Source: Synergistaceae bacterium
GTDB taxonomy: Bacteria; Synergistota; Synergistia; Synergistales; Aminobacteriaceae
Reading direction: 5' to 3'
DNA: 64,000 bases
Assembly: GCA_009783355.1 (NCBI GenBank)
Contig: WRHH01000004.1
Span: 32,852 to 96,851, forward strand
The position numbers and the translations under genes were made by a program. The notes beneath the pieces are model-generated. The model was not told the origin of the DNA. It saw nothing but the letters and a program-made list of their open reading frames with translations, and ran no database searches. Each line of letters starts with the position of its first letter. Position 1 is the stretch's first letter. Below are positions 10,260-19,320 of this stretch, piece after piece.

Positions 10260-10620
10260 TGCAAACGCAATTCTTAGATATATCTTGTGTGACAATGCGG
10301 ATATGGCAGAAGAAGTCAATAAGTTAATATCAGGCAATGTAGTTACCGTAAGGTATGAAGTGTTGGCAGAGGTCATTTATGTACTGGAAAAGTTATACTC
10401 AATGCCGCGTGACGAGATTGCTGATGGTATTAGAATATTCCTTGCTTTGCCAAATGTAAAAACAGAATCAAAAGACGTTTTACTGTTAGCGATGGAAATA
10501 TACTCAAAAATCAGACTAGACTATGTGGATTGCCTGCTTTATGGCTTTAAAGTAGTGTGCAGCTATGATGTTTTTACGTTTGACAAGAGATTGAATTCCC
10601 TCATGAATAAAACGATATGA
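10246..10620 (+). CDS. vapC: PIN-domain toxin (VapC-like)
   Basis: MLIIDANAIL with Asp at position 5. 124 aa, PIN fold pattern. Confidence 0.65.
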   Translation: MLIIDANAILRYILCDNADMAEEVNKLISGNVVTVRYEVLAEVIYVLEKLYSMPRDEIADGIRIFLALPNVKTESKDVLLLAMEIYSKIRLDYVDCLLYGFKVVCSYDVFTFDKRLNSLMNKTI

Positions 10621-11504
10621 TCAGGATGTATCGTTTTTTATATACAGTTTTACTTGCTTTAAATATTTTACTTACCTATGCTATCCCACTCTCGGCATCA
10701 AGTCAAATCACAGACGAAAAACATGTTATGCCTGTTTTCACTACCGTTGCGCCTCTATCGTGGTTCATAAGCTCCGTAGCAGGAGAAGCCGCCTCAATAT
10801 CAATACTTGTCCCCGCTGGGGCGGACGCTCATGTATATGAACCTAAACCCGAACAAATGACCGCGCTCTCATCCGCTGTAATCTACTTTGCCATTGGAAA
10901 TTTCTCACCTTTCGAGGCTTCGCGTTTACCAAAGCTCGCAGATCAGGCGCCTGCACTAAAGATAGTTAATCTGAACGAAGGATTGGACGACGAACCGCGT
11001 GAAGAAGATGATGAGCACGGGCATGATCCGCATATATGGACTTCCGTGTCGTCCGCGCCAAAAATTCTTCTGAATGTCCTGAACGCATTTGCTGAGGTTG
11101 ACCCGGAGAATGCAAGCCTGTATAACGAAAATTACCTTCGCGCTCTTGATGAAATAAGAAGGCTTGACGCTCATATTAAAAATAAGTTTAGAGACTGCGG
11201 GGGGAAATCTTTTTTCGTATATCACCCCGCATGGGGAAGATTTGCGGAGGAATATGGTATTTATCAGATTGCCGTGGAGCACGAGGGGAAAGAGCCCAAA
11301 ATAAACATGCTCGCGGCGCTTATTGACACCGCTCGGGAAAAGGATATAAAAACGATTTTTGCCGCTCCTTCAGACCCGAAACGCAATGTGCGGATATTCG
11401 CAGATGAAATAGGAGCGGATGTTGTTATAATTGACCCGCTTGCTCACGACTGGCTTCTTAATATGTACAGAGTGGCGGAGGAGATATATGAGGCGCTGAG
11501 ATAA
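10617..11504 (+). CDS. znuA: Metal ABC transporter substrate-binding protein (ZnuA-like) with a His/acidic-rich loop
   Basis: Signal peptide, and a DDEPREEDDEHGHDPHIW loop typical of ZnuA. Start overlaps the vapC stop (ATGA). Confidence 0.75.
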   Translation: MIRMYRFLYTVLLALNILLTYAIPLSASSQITDEKHVMPVFTTVAPLSWFISSVAGEAASISILVPAGADAHVYEPKPEQMTALSSAVIYFAIGNFSPFEASRLPKLADQAPALKIVNLNEGLDDEPREEDDEHGHDPHIWTSVSSAPKILLNVLNAFAEVDPENASLYNENYLRALDEIRRLDAHIKNKFRDCGGKSFFVYHPAWGRFAEEYGIYQIAVEHEGKEPKINMLAALIDTAREKDIKTIFAAPSDPKRNVRIFADEIGADVVIIDPLAHDWLLNMYRVAEEIYEALR

Positions 11505-11523
11505 AGTAAACGGAGGGAACGTA

Positions 11524-12291
11524 TTGAGTCATTTTAGGGTTGAAAATGTAAAGATAATTGAAAACACAGAGGTAAAGGGCGGGTATTTCCTCATGAGCTT
11601 CAGGAGCGAACACATGCTGTCGGCGAAAGCTGGTCAGTTTATGAGCTTATCGATACCCGGGAAGATGGGAAAGGATATGCCCCTCAGGAGGCCTTTCACC
11701 GTTTACCGGCTTCATAAGGGAATAACAGAAGTACTTTATAAGGTCGCAGGACGGGGGACGGAGCTTTTCTCCACGCTTCGCGCGGGCAACGTCATATCCT
11801 GTTTCGGCCCGCAGGGGAATACTTTCCCTGTTCGGCAAAGCGAGAGCGGCGCCGACATGAACATTTTATTGGGAAGAGGCGTTGGCTTAGCGTGTTTGGC
11901 ATGGCTTGGAAGTACGCTCAAGGAAAACGGTTCGAAAGTGACAACCATCGCGAGTTTCAAAGATGCACAGTCAAATCTGGTCGATAAATATATAAGGGGT
12001 TTTTCCGGCGCCGTGCATGAAATATACGACGAGGACGGAACAAGTTCAATTGATAATGTCGCGCGGCTTATAAATGAAATATCGCCCGCAGTAATATATA
12101 CATGCGGCTCAAAAAGGCTTGCGCGAATGCTGAAAGGTATGCCTTACGAAGCTTACGTTTCATTGGAAGAGCACATGGGCTGCTGCGGCCTTGGTTCCTG
12201 CTATACTTGCGTCGTGAAGGCAAGCGACGGGGAGTATATAAGGTCATGCAAGGAAGGACCGTGTTTCAACGTACTGGAGGTCGAAATATAA
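11524..12291 (+). CDS. pyrK: Dihydroorotate dehydrogenase electron transfer subunit
   Basis: FAD/NAD-binding PyrK-like sequence ending in a CCGLGSCYTCV 2Fe-2S motif. Confidence 0.8.
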   Translation: MSHFRVENVKIIENTEVKGGYFLMSFRSEHMLSAKAGQFMSLSIPGKMGKDMPLRRPFTVYRLHKGITEVLYKVAGRGTELFSTLRAGNVISCFGPQGNTFPVRQSESGADMNILLGRGVGLACLAWLGSTLKENGSKVTTIASFKDAQSNLVDKYIRGFSGAVHEIYDEDGTSSIDNVARLINEISPAVIYTCGSKRLARMLKGMPYEAYVSLEEHMGCCGLGSCYTCVVKASDGEYIRSCKEGPCFNVLEVEI

Positions 12292-12292
12292 A

Positions 12293-13213
12293 ATGGGTAC
12301 GGTAAATCTTGAAGTCAAAATTGGTTCACTTTCGTTGCGAAATCCCGTAATGAACGCTTCCGGGACGTTTGGAACGTATGAATACGCCGAATATATAGAT
12401 TTTTCGCGAATAGGGGCAGTCGTTCCAAAAAGTATCACCCTGTATCCCCGCGCAGGCAACAAGACTCCCCGGATAACCGAAGTGTTCGGCGGAGTTATAA
12501 ACGCAGTCGGGATACAGAATACAGGAGTTGACGATTTTGTGGAAAACAAGCTGCCTGAAATGCTTGCAATAAAAGCGCCGATAATCGTCAGCCTGTCAAA
12601 TACAGCGGTAAAAGATTTTGAAACTTCCATTCGTATTCTGGAAAATGCCGAAGGCATATCAGCTTATGAAATTAATATTTCTTGTCCAAATATTGAGAAA
12701 GACGGGTGCGCATTTGGTTCATCCGAGTCCGATACTGCGATGGTCGTCTGTACGGTTCGCAAAGCAATGAAGACAAATCGCCCCGTAATAGTTAAATTAA
12801 CGCCGAACGTGACGGATATTGTGCCTATAGCGCGCGTGGCGTCGAATTCCGGCGCGGACGCCTTGACTATAGCGAATACCTATATTGGAATGGTCGTTGA
12901 TTTGAATACCCGAAAACCTGTGCTCGGCAACAAACTGGGAGGGGTCTCAGGCGCTGCGATAAAGCCGCTTACGATGAGGCGCGTTTATAGCGTCTGCAAA
13001 GCGCTGAAGATACCAGTGATAGCGGCTGGCGGAATATGCTCGGCGGAGGACGCGCTTGAATATCTTATGGTAGGAGCGAGAGCAGTGCAGGTTGGAACAG
13101 CTAACTTTACCAATCCTGCAATTATGGAGGAAATAGTTGCTGGAATTGAAAACTGGCTTCAGAAGAATGGAGTATCGGATGTAAATGATTTTATAGGAAC
13201 GATTCAGGATTGA
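12293..13213 (+). CDS. pyrD: Dihydroorotate dehydrogenase catalytic subunit (class 1B)
   Basis: LRNPVMNASGTFG, NISCPN and IAAGGI motifs. Confidence 0.85.
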   Translation: MGTVNLEVKIGSLSLRNPVMNASGTFGTYEYAEYIDFSRIGAVVPKSITLYPRAGNKTPRITEVFGGVINAVGIQNTGVDDFVENKLPEMLAIKAPIIVSLSNTAVKDFETSIRILENAEGISAYEINISCPNIEKDGCAFGSSESDTAMVVCTVRKAMKTNRPVIVKLTPNVTDIVPIARVASNSGADALTIANTYIGMVVDLNTRKPVLGNKLGGVSGAAIKPLTMRRVYSVCKALKIPVIAAGGICSAEDALEYLMVGARAVQVGTANFTNPAIMEEIVAGIENWLQKNGVSDVNDFIGTIQD

Positions 13214-13366
13214 AAGAAATTATCAATTACAAATATGAAACGCTTGATGATGGCGAGCGTCAATTGTTACTTGTCAGAACAGGTTCACATTCTGATTTGA
13301 TAAGCAATTAACATGACCCGATAGAATTATCGTTTTAAACAATTAATGTTGCGGGAGATATGAAAC

Positions 13367-13999
13367 ATGCCGGATATTATGAAAGTGTTTGCAAAAATTG
13401 ATGATATCGAATTTGTCGAACTTTGCACGGAGGGCTCGGGACAGCAGATAGCCGACGCTATAAAAAACGGCGCGAACGCGAACGCGAAGTATAAGGACGG
13501 TAAAAAGACAGCGCTTATGGTAGCCGGAGCTCTAAACTCCGACCCGGAAGCGATAGTTGTACTTGTTAGCGCGGGCGCCGACGTCAACGCGAAGGGCGAA
13601 ATAGGCTTGACGCCTCTCATGTGGGCGGCGGGCGGCAACTCCAACCCGGAGGCGGTAACGGCGCTCGTTAATGCGGGCGCTTCAATCGACGCGAAGAATA
13701 TATTTGGAAATACGCCACTGATGGAGGCGGCGCAAAACAATTCAAATCCTGAAGTAATAACAACCCTCATCAAAGCTGGCGCGGATGTCAACGCGAACAA
13801 CAACAATGGATGGACGCCTGTCATGCTGGCGGCTGCGCGAGACTCCGTCAGTCCTGAAATAATAACAATCCTTATCAATGCAAGAGCAGACCTGAAAGCA
13901 AGGAATTGCTTCAATAAAACAGCGTTAGACTACGCGAAAGAGAATGATAGACTTATGGATACAGATGTTTTGAAGAAACTTGAGGAAGCAAGCTGGTAG
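13367..13999 (+). CDS. Ankyrin repeat protein (cytoplasmic)
   Basis: Five or more ANK repeats (G.TPLM.AA...VV..L...GADVNA). The Ala-rich minus-strand ORF 13327..13914 is its antisense shadow. Confidence 0.75.
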   Translation: MPDIMKVFAKIDDIEFVELCTEGSGQQIADAIKNGANANAKYKDGKKTALMVAGALNSDPEAIVVLVSAGADVNAKGEIGLTPLMWAAGGNSNPEAVTALVNAGASIDAKNIFGNTPLMEAAQNNSNPEVITTLIKAGADVNANNNNGWTPVMLAAARDSVSPEIITILINARADLKARNCFNKTALDYAKENDRLMDTDVLKKLEEASW

Positions 14000-14024
14000 C
14001 ACAATGCACAATGAAAGACAAAGG
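13999..14024. repeat. Heptamer array (GCACAAT x2) plus AAAGACAAAGG box
   Basis: Sits directly after the ankyrin stop. Same family as arrays at 28094, 48279, 54559, 55970. Confidence 0.6.
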
Positions 14025-14075
14025 CCCATGAACTAAAGTTCACCACGATGAATGAAATTTGGGAACCTCTTGGTA

Positions 14076-14176
14076 AAGACTACTGGATTACCATGAAAGT
14101 AATCAAAAGGCAAAAACTAAAAGACAACTGAATTGCCGCGCCGCAAAAAGACGCGGCTCGCAAAGACGTTAATTAG
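14076..14176. repeat. Structured intergenic repeat element, copy A (81-bp core about 95% identical to 48710..48790)
   Basis: aagactactggattaccatgaaagtaatcaaaaggcaaaaactaaaagacaactgaattgccgcgccgcaaaaagacgcgg. Contains hairpins gattac/gtaatc and gccgc/gcggc. A related direct repeat ctggattatcacgaaagtaataaaaag lies at 14337. Confidence 0.7.
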
Positions 14177-14454
14177 GCAAGTTTCGTTCACTGTGGCGAG
14201 TGAAACTCGTGACCATTGCTTCGTCCCAAAAAGACGCTCCTCGCAAAGACGCTGCCCATTACACGTCTTTGCGACCGCGAGTGTAGCGTGGCGGGAAGCA
14301 ATCCAGAAGGCTCATAACATTGATAAGTTAATATTACTGGATTATCACGAAAGTAATAAAAAGTTATATTAAAAATATTTTATGGTAAAGACAAAAAGTA
14401 AATCGTATTGAGTAATTATTTTATTTATATCATTAATATAACATATTTGTTATA

Positions 14455-14853
14455 ATGCAAAATGAAAAGGAGTCAAAATGGATGTATGAAGTTATCTTTT
14501 ATAAAGATAAAAACGGCAATGAGCCAATAAAAGGAGTAGAAAATATGAGAAAGATCAATGACATAGAGTACACAACATTAAATGATCTCTGGGATGATCC
14601 GGCATTACTCACAGCGGACGACAAAGATCGTATAAATTTTGAAGTATCCCTTATTGGCAAACTGATTGAAGCAAGAGAATTGAAGGGATTAACTCAAAAG
14701 GAACTTGCAGATAAGGCAGGTATAAAACAATCAGCCGTTGCGAGGTTGGAGAGCTTGAAAGCAACTCCACAGATTGATACTCTTTTCAAAGTCCTAAAAC
14801 CATTAGGTTACACTTTAGAGATTGTCCCTGACAGAAAACAGATGCAAAAATAA
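14455..14853 (+). CDS. HigB-like toxin remnant (about 30 aa) fused in frame to an intact XRE-family HTH antitoxin (HigA-like)
   Basis: N-terminus WMYEVIFYKDKNGNEPI matches the start of RelE/HigB (Gp49-like) toxins. From MRKINDIEY onward, LKGLTQKELADKAGIKQSAVARLE is an HTH_XRE. AAAGGAG sits 8 nt before the internal ATG at 14545. Confidence 0.6.
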   Translation: MQNEKESKWMYEVIFYKDKNGNEPIKGVENMRKINDIEYTTLNDLWDDPALLTADDKDRINFEVSLIGKLIEARELKGLTQKELADKAGIKQSAVARLESLKATPQIDTLFKVLKPLGYTLEIVPDRKQMQK

Positions 14854-14894
14854 ATGTTCATTAATAGAACAGCGTAAAAATTATAATATACAAG

Positions 14895-15647
14895 GTGATA
14901 ACGATGCATAGAGATAGCGATTATTATTACAGAGTTCTTGGACTTGAGCCGGGCGCCTCGCGGGCTGAGGTCAAGGCTGTGTATCGCCACTATGTAAAGC
15001 TTTATCACCCGGATCGTAATAAAATGCTGGCTGCAGCGGTAGTATATAAGGAAATGCGCGAAGCTTACGAGGCGCTGATTAATTCGACACTTCCCGATAG
15101 TACGGGTGCAGATTTAAAGCGTGACTCGTCAAATTGGGCGGCGAACTCCCCGAACGCTAGTGCGCGTGCGGGGCAGGACGATTCACAGGCAAAACATACG
15201 GCGAATTCCGCAGGCTCAAATGAATGGAATGCAGGCCATAATCGCAGCTCCTCAAATCGGGTTGAATGGACTTCCGTAGAATGGGAAAAGTGGGAAAGTG
15301 CTTTTTCAGGTATACAATTAGAGAATGTGGTTATAGCTTTTATGCTTATTTGTTTATCCAGCGGCTTGCCCCTGTCTAGTAAAGTCAGAACTCAAATAAC
15401 GCCGCCATACGTTGCACTGGCCTTCTTTTATCATGTAATTTCATGGATAATTTTCTATTTTTTAAGGCATTTTTATGCCCCTTCAATGTGGCCTATTTTC
15501 ACTAAATTTATTGCGGGGGCTATATACGGGATTGTTCTGGTAATTTTGATAGCTTGCTGTTATGAGGTAAAGGCAACAAATTTTTTAGTTGCGGGAGTCA
15601 CGGCAGCAGCGTCAGCATGGGTACTAATGGCTGATTTTGATTTCTGA
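14895..15647 (+). CDS. DnaJ (J-domain) protein with a low-complexity linker and C-terminal transmembrane segments
   Basis: YYRVLGLEPGASRAEVKAVYRHYVKLYHPDRN (HPD motif). The last roughly 110 aa are hydrophobic. Confidence 0.75.
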   Translation: MITMHRDSDYYYRVLGLEPGASRAEVKAVYRHYVKLYHPDRNKMLAAAVVYKEMREAYEALINSTLPDSTGADLKRDSSNWAANSPNASARAGQDDSQAKHTANSAGSNEWNAGHNRSSSNRVEWTSVEWEKWESAFSGIQLENVVIAFMLICLSSGLPLSSKVRTQITPPYVALAFFYHVISWIIFYFLRHFYAPSMWPIFTKFIAGAIYGIVLVILIACCYEVKATNFLVAGVTAAASAWVLMADFDF

Positions 15648-15680
15648 CTTGTTAATGCATGAAAGGAGTTGTCTTGTATA

Positions 15681-15791
15681 ATGTCCAAAATTCTATCAGG
15701 AGTTCATGAAGCCATAGGTAACACTCCAATAGTCAATTTGAGCAGGATTACGACAAAAGTAGATGAGGAGCGGAAGGAAACATATTGGTAA
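15681..15791 (+). pseudogene. cysK: Cysteine synthase (CysK) N-terminal fragment, 36 codons, with its own RBS
   Basis: MSKILSGVHEAIGNTPIVNLSRI matches the CysK N-terminus (IGNTPLVRLN), then diverges. Stop TAA abuts the next ATG (TAAATG). Confidence 0.55.
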
Positions 15792-16631
15792 ATGGAAATT
15801 TTCTATAAACTTGCCAAAGCGCTTGTAATACTGGTAATAATTGTTGTTGCGCTGCGCTTTTTTATAATGCGGATAATTTTTCAGCCTTCGGGGCATATAG
15901 CGTGGACTCCTGACATGGGCGGCTTTGATTACGAGAATGTTTACTTTGCAGCTTCGGACAGCGTAAAAATAAACGGCTGGTATGTCAATTGCGAGAACAG
16001 CAGAGGGACTGTCCTGTTTTTTCACGGCAACGCCGGGAATATTTCCCATAGGGGAGACACTATTAGAATTTTCAATTCTCTCGGCATGTCGGTGTTTATA
16101 ATAGACTACAGAGGCTATGGCGAAAGCAAAGGTTCCCCGTCCATAAATGGCGTTGGCCAAGACGCTTTAGCGGCATGGAATTGGCTCGTATCGGAGAAAA
16201 GAATCCCAGCTCAAAAGATACTGATTTTCGGACGCTCGCTCGGTGGGGCGGTAGCGGTCGAACTCATGAAGCACGTTAGGCCTAAGGCGGCAATTCTTGA
16301 GTCCACATTTTCGGCTCTATCCGACATGGCGGGGTTCGATTTTCTAAGCCCAATAGTGAGTTTGCTTGTCGGCGGAGCGTGGAACTCCGCTCAAACCGCT
16401 GTGAATATAGATACCCCAACTCTTTGCATCCACAGCCCTGAAGATAATGTTGTTCCGTATCGGCTTGGCAAAAGGCTTTATGAAGCATTGGCGGGGGAAA
16501 AACAATTCTTTGAAATAAGAGGCGATCATAATTACGGCTTCATTTTATCAATGCCCGAATACAAAGGTCGGCTTGACGAGTTTCTAACCGTTCATTATGG
16601 AGAGCGCTTTTTCGACGAAGTTGTAAAATAA
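15792..16631 (+). CDS. Alpha/beta hydrolase with N-terminal membrane anchor
   Basis: GRSLGGAVA nucleophile elbow (GxSxG), HGNAGN, and a C-terminal His region. Confidence 0.7.
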   Translation: MEIFYKLAKALVILVIIVVALRFFIMRIIFQPSGHIAWTPDMGGFDYENVYFAASDSVKINGWYVNCENSRGTVLFFHGNAGNISHRGDTIRIFNSLGMSVFIIDYRGYGESKGSPSINGVGQDALAAWNWLVSEKRIPAQKILIFGRSLGGAVAVELMKHVRPKAAILESTFSALSDMAGFDFLSPIVSLLVGGAWNSAQTAVNIDTPTLCIHSPEDNVVPYRLGKRLYEALAGEKQFFEIRGDHNYGFILSMPEYKGRLDEFLTVHYGERFFDEVVK

Positions 16632-17207
16632 TTTTAGACCGTAAAAAATAATGACTGCCCCGCAAACAACGTTGATAGCTCTCATTACGCGCGCGTTGAT
16701 TATTTTACTGAATAGCTTGATTATGAGCACGATCCCAAGAAACCAAACGCAGGAAGCGGAAGCCACGCCTGAAATGAATTTTATCCCTTCTCCCGAAGAA
16801 AGGGTTGCCCTGAACGCCCCTAACATCATAGTGCCGTCGATAATTGCATGGGGATTAAACCATGTCACAACGCACGCGGTAGTGACTACTCTTTTTATAG
16901 GAATATCGACATCTGCCGAAGTTTCCATATTAACTTTTGAGCGCATAAGGTTTAACCCGATAAAAATAACTAATATGCTTCCTATAAGCAATATTAGTAT
17001 CTCTATAAATCTTGAACGTTCCATGATTGCGCCTATTCCCAGAAAACACGCAAGCGCAAGTGATATGTCGAAAAATATAACAATAAGCGCTGTAATAATT
17101 GAGCGTTTTAGGTTTTGGGTCAAAGCTGTATTTATGACGAATAAATTTTGCACCCCTATCGGCGCCAAATAGGCTAAACCCATTATTAATCCTTGTATAT
17201 AATTCAT
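16584..17207 (-). CDS. LysE/ArgO-family amino acid exporter
   Basis: 207 aa, 6 TM segments, N-terminal LAYLAPIGVQNLFVIN typical of the LysE family. Confidence 0.65.
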   Translation of the reverse strand: MNYIQGLIMGLAYLAPIGVQNLFVINTALTQNLKRSIITALIVIFFDISLALACFLGIGAIMERSRFIEILILLIGSILVIFIGLNLMRSKVNMETSADVDIPIKRVVTTACVVTWFNPHAIIDGTMMLGAFRATLSSGEGIKFISGVASASCVWFLGIVLIIKLFSKIINARVMRAINVVCGAVIIFYGLKLFYNFVEKALSIMNG

Positions 17208-17229
17208 TCTGTCTCCAGTATGTTGCAGG

Positions 17230-18147
17230 CTATAAACTTGAACTTACTTCTATACCACCGATTATTACCAAAACTATCCCGACCCATTGAATCAGGGAAA
17301 GTTTCTCTTTGAAAGCAAATCTTGCTATGATTGCAGCTATTACGGGATTGGACGCCGTTATTGGGGCGACTATCGAAACCGGAACGGTCAGAAGCGCGCA
17401 CATAATTGTTATTCCGCCAAGCGCGAGGCCGCAAGCTCCAGCTATAAACGGGCTTACCCATTTACCGAATCCTACATTAAAAATATGCTTTTTCTCTTCT
17501 CTGTTTTTACGAATATACCAATAACTCCAGGCTACTATACTTAACGAAACTGCGCGCCAAAATGTAAACGTTAAGGGCTCAATGTTATGTGTATTAACTA
17601 ACCATTTTTGAATAGTTATCATTGACCCCCATAATAATGCTGTCAGAATGGCTAAAGTAAATCCAAGGGAATTGCTACGGATTTTTCCGGTTGAAGGGAG
17701 CGAGCTCTTCTTTGGCAGGTTCAGGCAGGCCAATCCGATTATTATAATTATCGTTCCTATCCAAAGCTTCATCGAAGGGGTTTCGCCAACGACGAACATG
17801 GAGAATATGGATACGAAGATAGGATATGAGTTCGATGTGGAAAGAGCTCTTCCAACTCCGATATTGTCTATAGCAATCATATAGCAGAGGTCGCCTATAA
17901 GATTGCCTAAAATTACCATTCCGAAAACAATTCCAAGAACGTGAAGCTCATATTTCCAGAGAATCAGGGAAGGGTTGGTCACGAGGCACGCTATAGCCGC
18001 CACGGAGAAGAACCCCAAGCATCTGGTCGCGTTTATCTCAACATTGTCAAACGTATCTTGGCTTTTCCTTAAAAAAATTGGGCTTAACGCCCAGAATACC
18101 GTGGTCAATAAACAATATGTAAGTCCCATTGCGTCCATTCGTAACAA
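17230..18147 (-). CDS. EamA/DMT-family transporter
   Basis: 305 aa, 10 TM helices, two EamA-like halves. Confidence 0.6.
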   Translation of the reverse strand: MLRMDAMGLTYCLLTTVFWALSPIFLRKSQDTFDNVEINATRCLGFFSVAAIACLVTNPSLILWKYELHVLGIVFGMVILGNLIGDLCYMIAIDNIGVGRALSTSNSYPIFVSIFSMFVVGETPSMKLWIGTIIIIIGLACLNLPKKSSLPSTGKIRSNSLGFTLAILTALLWGSMITIQKWLVNTHNIEPLTFTFWRAVSLSIVAWSYWYIRKNREEKKHIFNVGFGKWVSPFIAGACGLALGGITIMCALLTVPVSIVAPITASNPVIAAIIARFAFKEKLSLIQWVGIVLVIIGGIEVSSSL

Positions 18148-18204
18148 CTTCTTTTCTATTGAGATTTTGATACAGTAAGGATTTTTTCACATTCTGTAAT
18201 TTTG

Positions 18205-19320
18205 TCAATAGCAAAATTGACCCAATTGATGTGAAAGGGTAGATTCCGCCCTTATCATTATTAATTCCGCGGCTATACTGACGGCTATTTCAGCGGGGGC
18301 GCCTGCTTTGATGTCAATACCGATAGGCGTGTGAATGCTGTCAATTTCCTCCTGCAAAAAGTTTTGTTCCCGAAGTTTTTTTGAAACAGCAGCGATTTTT
18401 GCCTTGCTGCCAATAACTCCTATATAACGCGGCTTTGGTTGCAGCCTAAGCGTCTGCGCCAGAACGCTAAAGTCGAAGCTGTGCCCTCTCGTCAGGATAA
18501 CTACATAATCCTTTTCCGTGATGTCAACAGATGCGGAAATATCGTCGTAATCGCCCACAATTACGCCGTCCGCAGCAGGGAATAATTCTGCATTCGCGAA
18601 TTTCTGGAGGCTGTCAAACACGAAGCAGCTAAACCCAAGACGCGGCAGCAAAGGCGCCAATTCCTGCGAGATATGCCCTCCGCCGAAAATGTAGACCCTT
18701 CCCGCCCTTGTAAGCGGCTCTGAATAATATTTTTTTCCGCTTCCCATTTCAATCTGCGCGCCGCGATTTGTAAACAACTCTTTACCCTCGTTGCCCGGAA
18801 TACTGCTGCAGTTATTTGAGTCAGGCGTGTGAATGCTCATACGCCAATCAGCTTCATCGGTAATTTCCGTTACAAGCCAACTGTCGATGTTTTGCGAAAA
18901 CAACTCGCTGCCCCGGGCAAACAGTTTCCGCGCATTTTCGTCGCGCGCGGATATATACTGAATGTATACCGTAACATTTCCTCCGCAAATCATCCCTAAA
19001 TCCTCCTTTTCGTTTGGAGAAAGTATGAAGGATTTGATTTGGGACTTAACATTCTTATCCACAAACGCTTCCATTGCCATTTGTTGGACTTTGTACTCCA
19101 CAGCCCCGCCGCCTATAGTGCCGGTAAAACTCCCGTCGCTGATAATCGCCATTCGAGCGCCCGCTCCTCGCGGCGTCGAGCCAGAATCGGCGATTATTGT
19201 GACCATTATCACATTTTCACCTTTGCTCAGCCACTCTGAAACAGTTGCCATCAATTTTTTCACTTTATCCGCCTCATCTCTTACCTTCCTTTTCCAAAGC
19301 CGCAGTTCGGAAACACGCAT
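18205..19320 (-). CDS. xdhC: XdhC/CoxI-family molybdenum hydroxylase maturation factor
   Basis: N-terminal MVTIIADSGSTPRGAGARMAI...GGGAVE and a C-terminal Rossmann region with YIFGGGHISQ...ILTRGHSFD. An alternative start at MATVSEW (19251) is possible. Confidence 0.75.
   Translation of the reverse strand: MRVSELRLWKRKVRDEADKVKKLMATVSEWLSKGENVIMVTIIADSGSTPRGAGARMAIISDGSFTGTIGGGAVEYKVQQMAMEAFVDKNVKSQIKSFILSPNEKEDLGMICGGNVTVYIQYISARDENARKLFARGSELFSQNIDSWLVTEITDEADWRMSIHTPDSNNCSSIPGNEGKELFTNRGAQIEMGSGKKYYSEPLTRAGRVYIFGGGHISQELAPLLPRLGFSCFVFDSLQKFANAELFPAADGVIVGDYDDISASVDITEKDYVVILTRGHSFDFSVLAQTLRLQPKPRYIGVIGSKAKIAAVSKKLREQNFLQEEIDSIHTPIGIDIKAGAPAEIAVSIAAELIMIRAESTLSHQLGQFCY

Noticed and set aside
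13327-13914. 195-aa minus-strand ORF rich in Ala/Ser/Leu
   Set aside because: Antisense shadow of the ankyrin-repeat gene. The ankyrin frame has clear repeat structure.

Other long ORFs rejected for the same reason:
- 26525..27007 and 27653..27946, inside dnaK.
- 43866..44444, inside livK.
- 46258..46686, inside livM.
- 16651..17172, inside the LysE gene.
- 15696..16160, inside the hydrolase gene.
- 9164..9761, inside znuB.
14133-14372. 79-aa ORF (MPRRKKTRLAKTL...)
   Set aside because: Lies entirely within the palindromic repeat element. It is Arg/Lys-rich from translating the AAAGACGC motifs and is unlikely to be coding.
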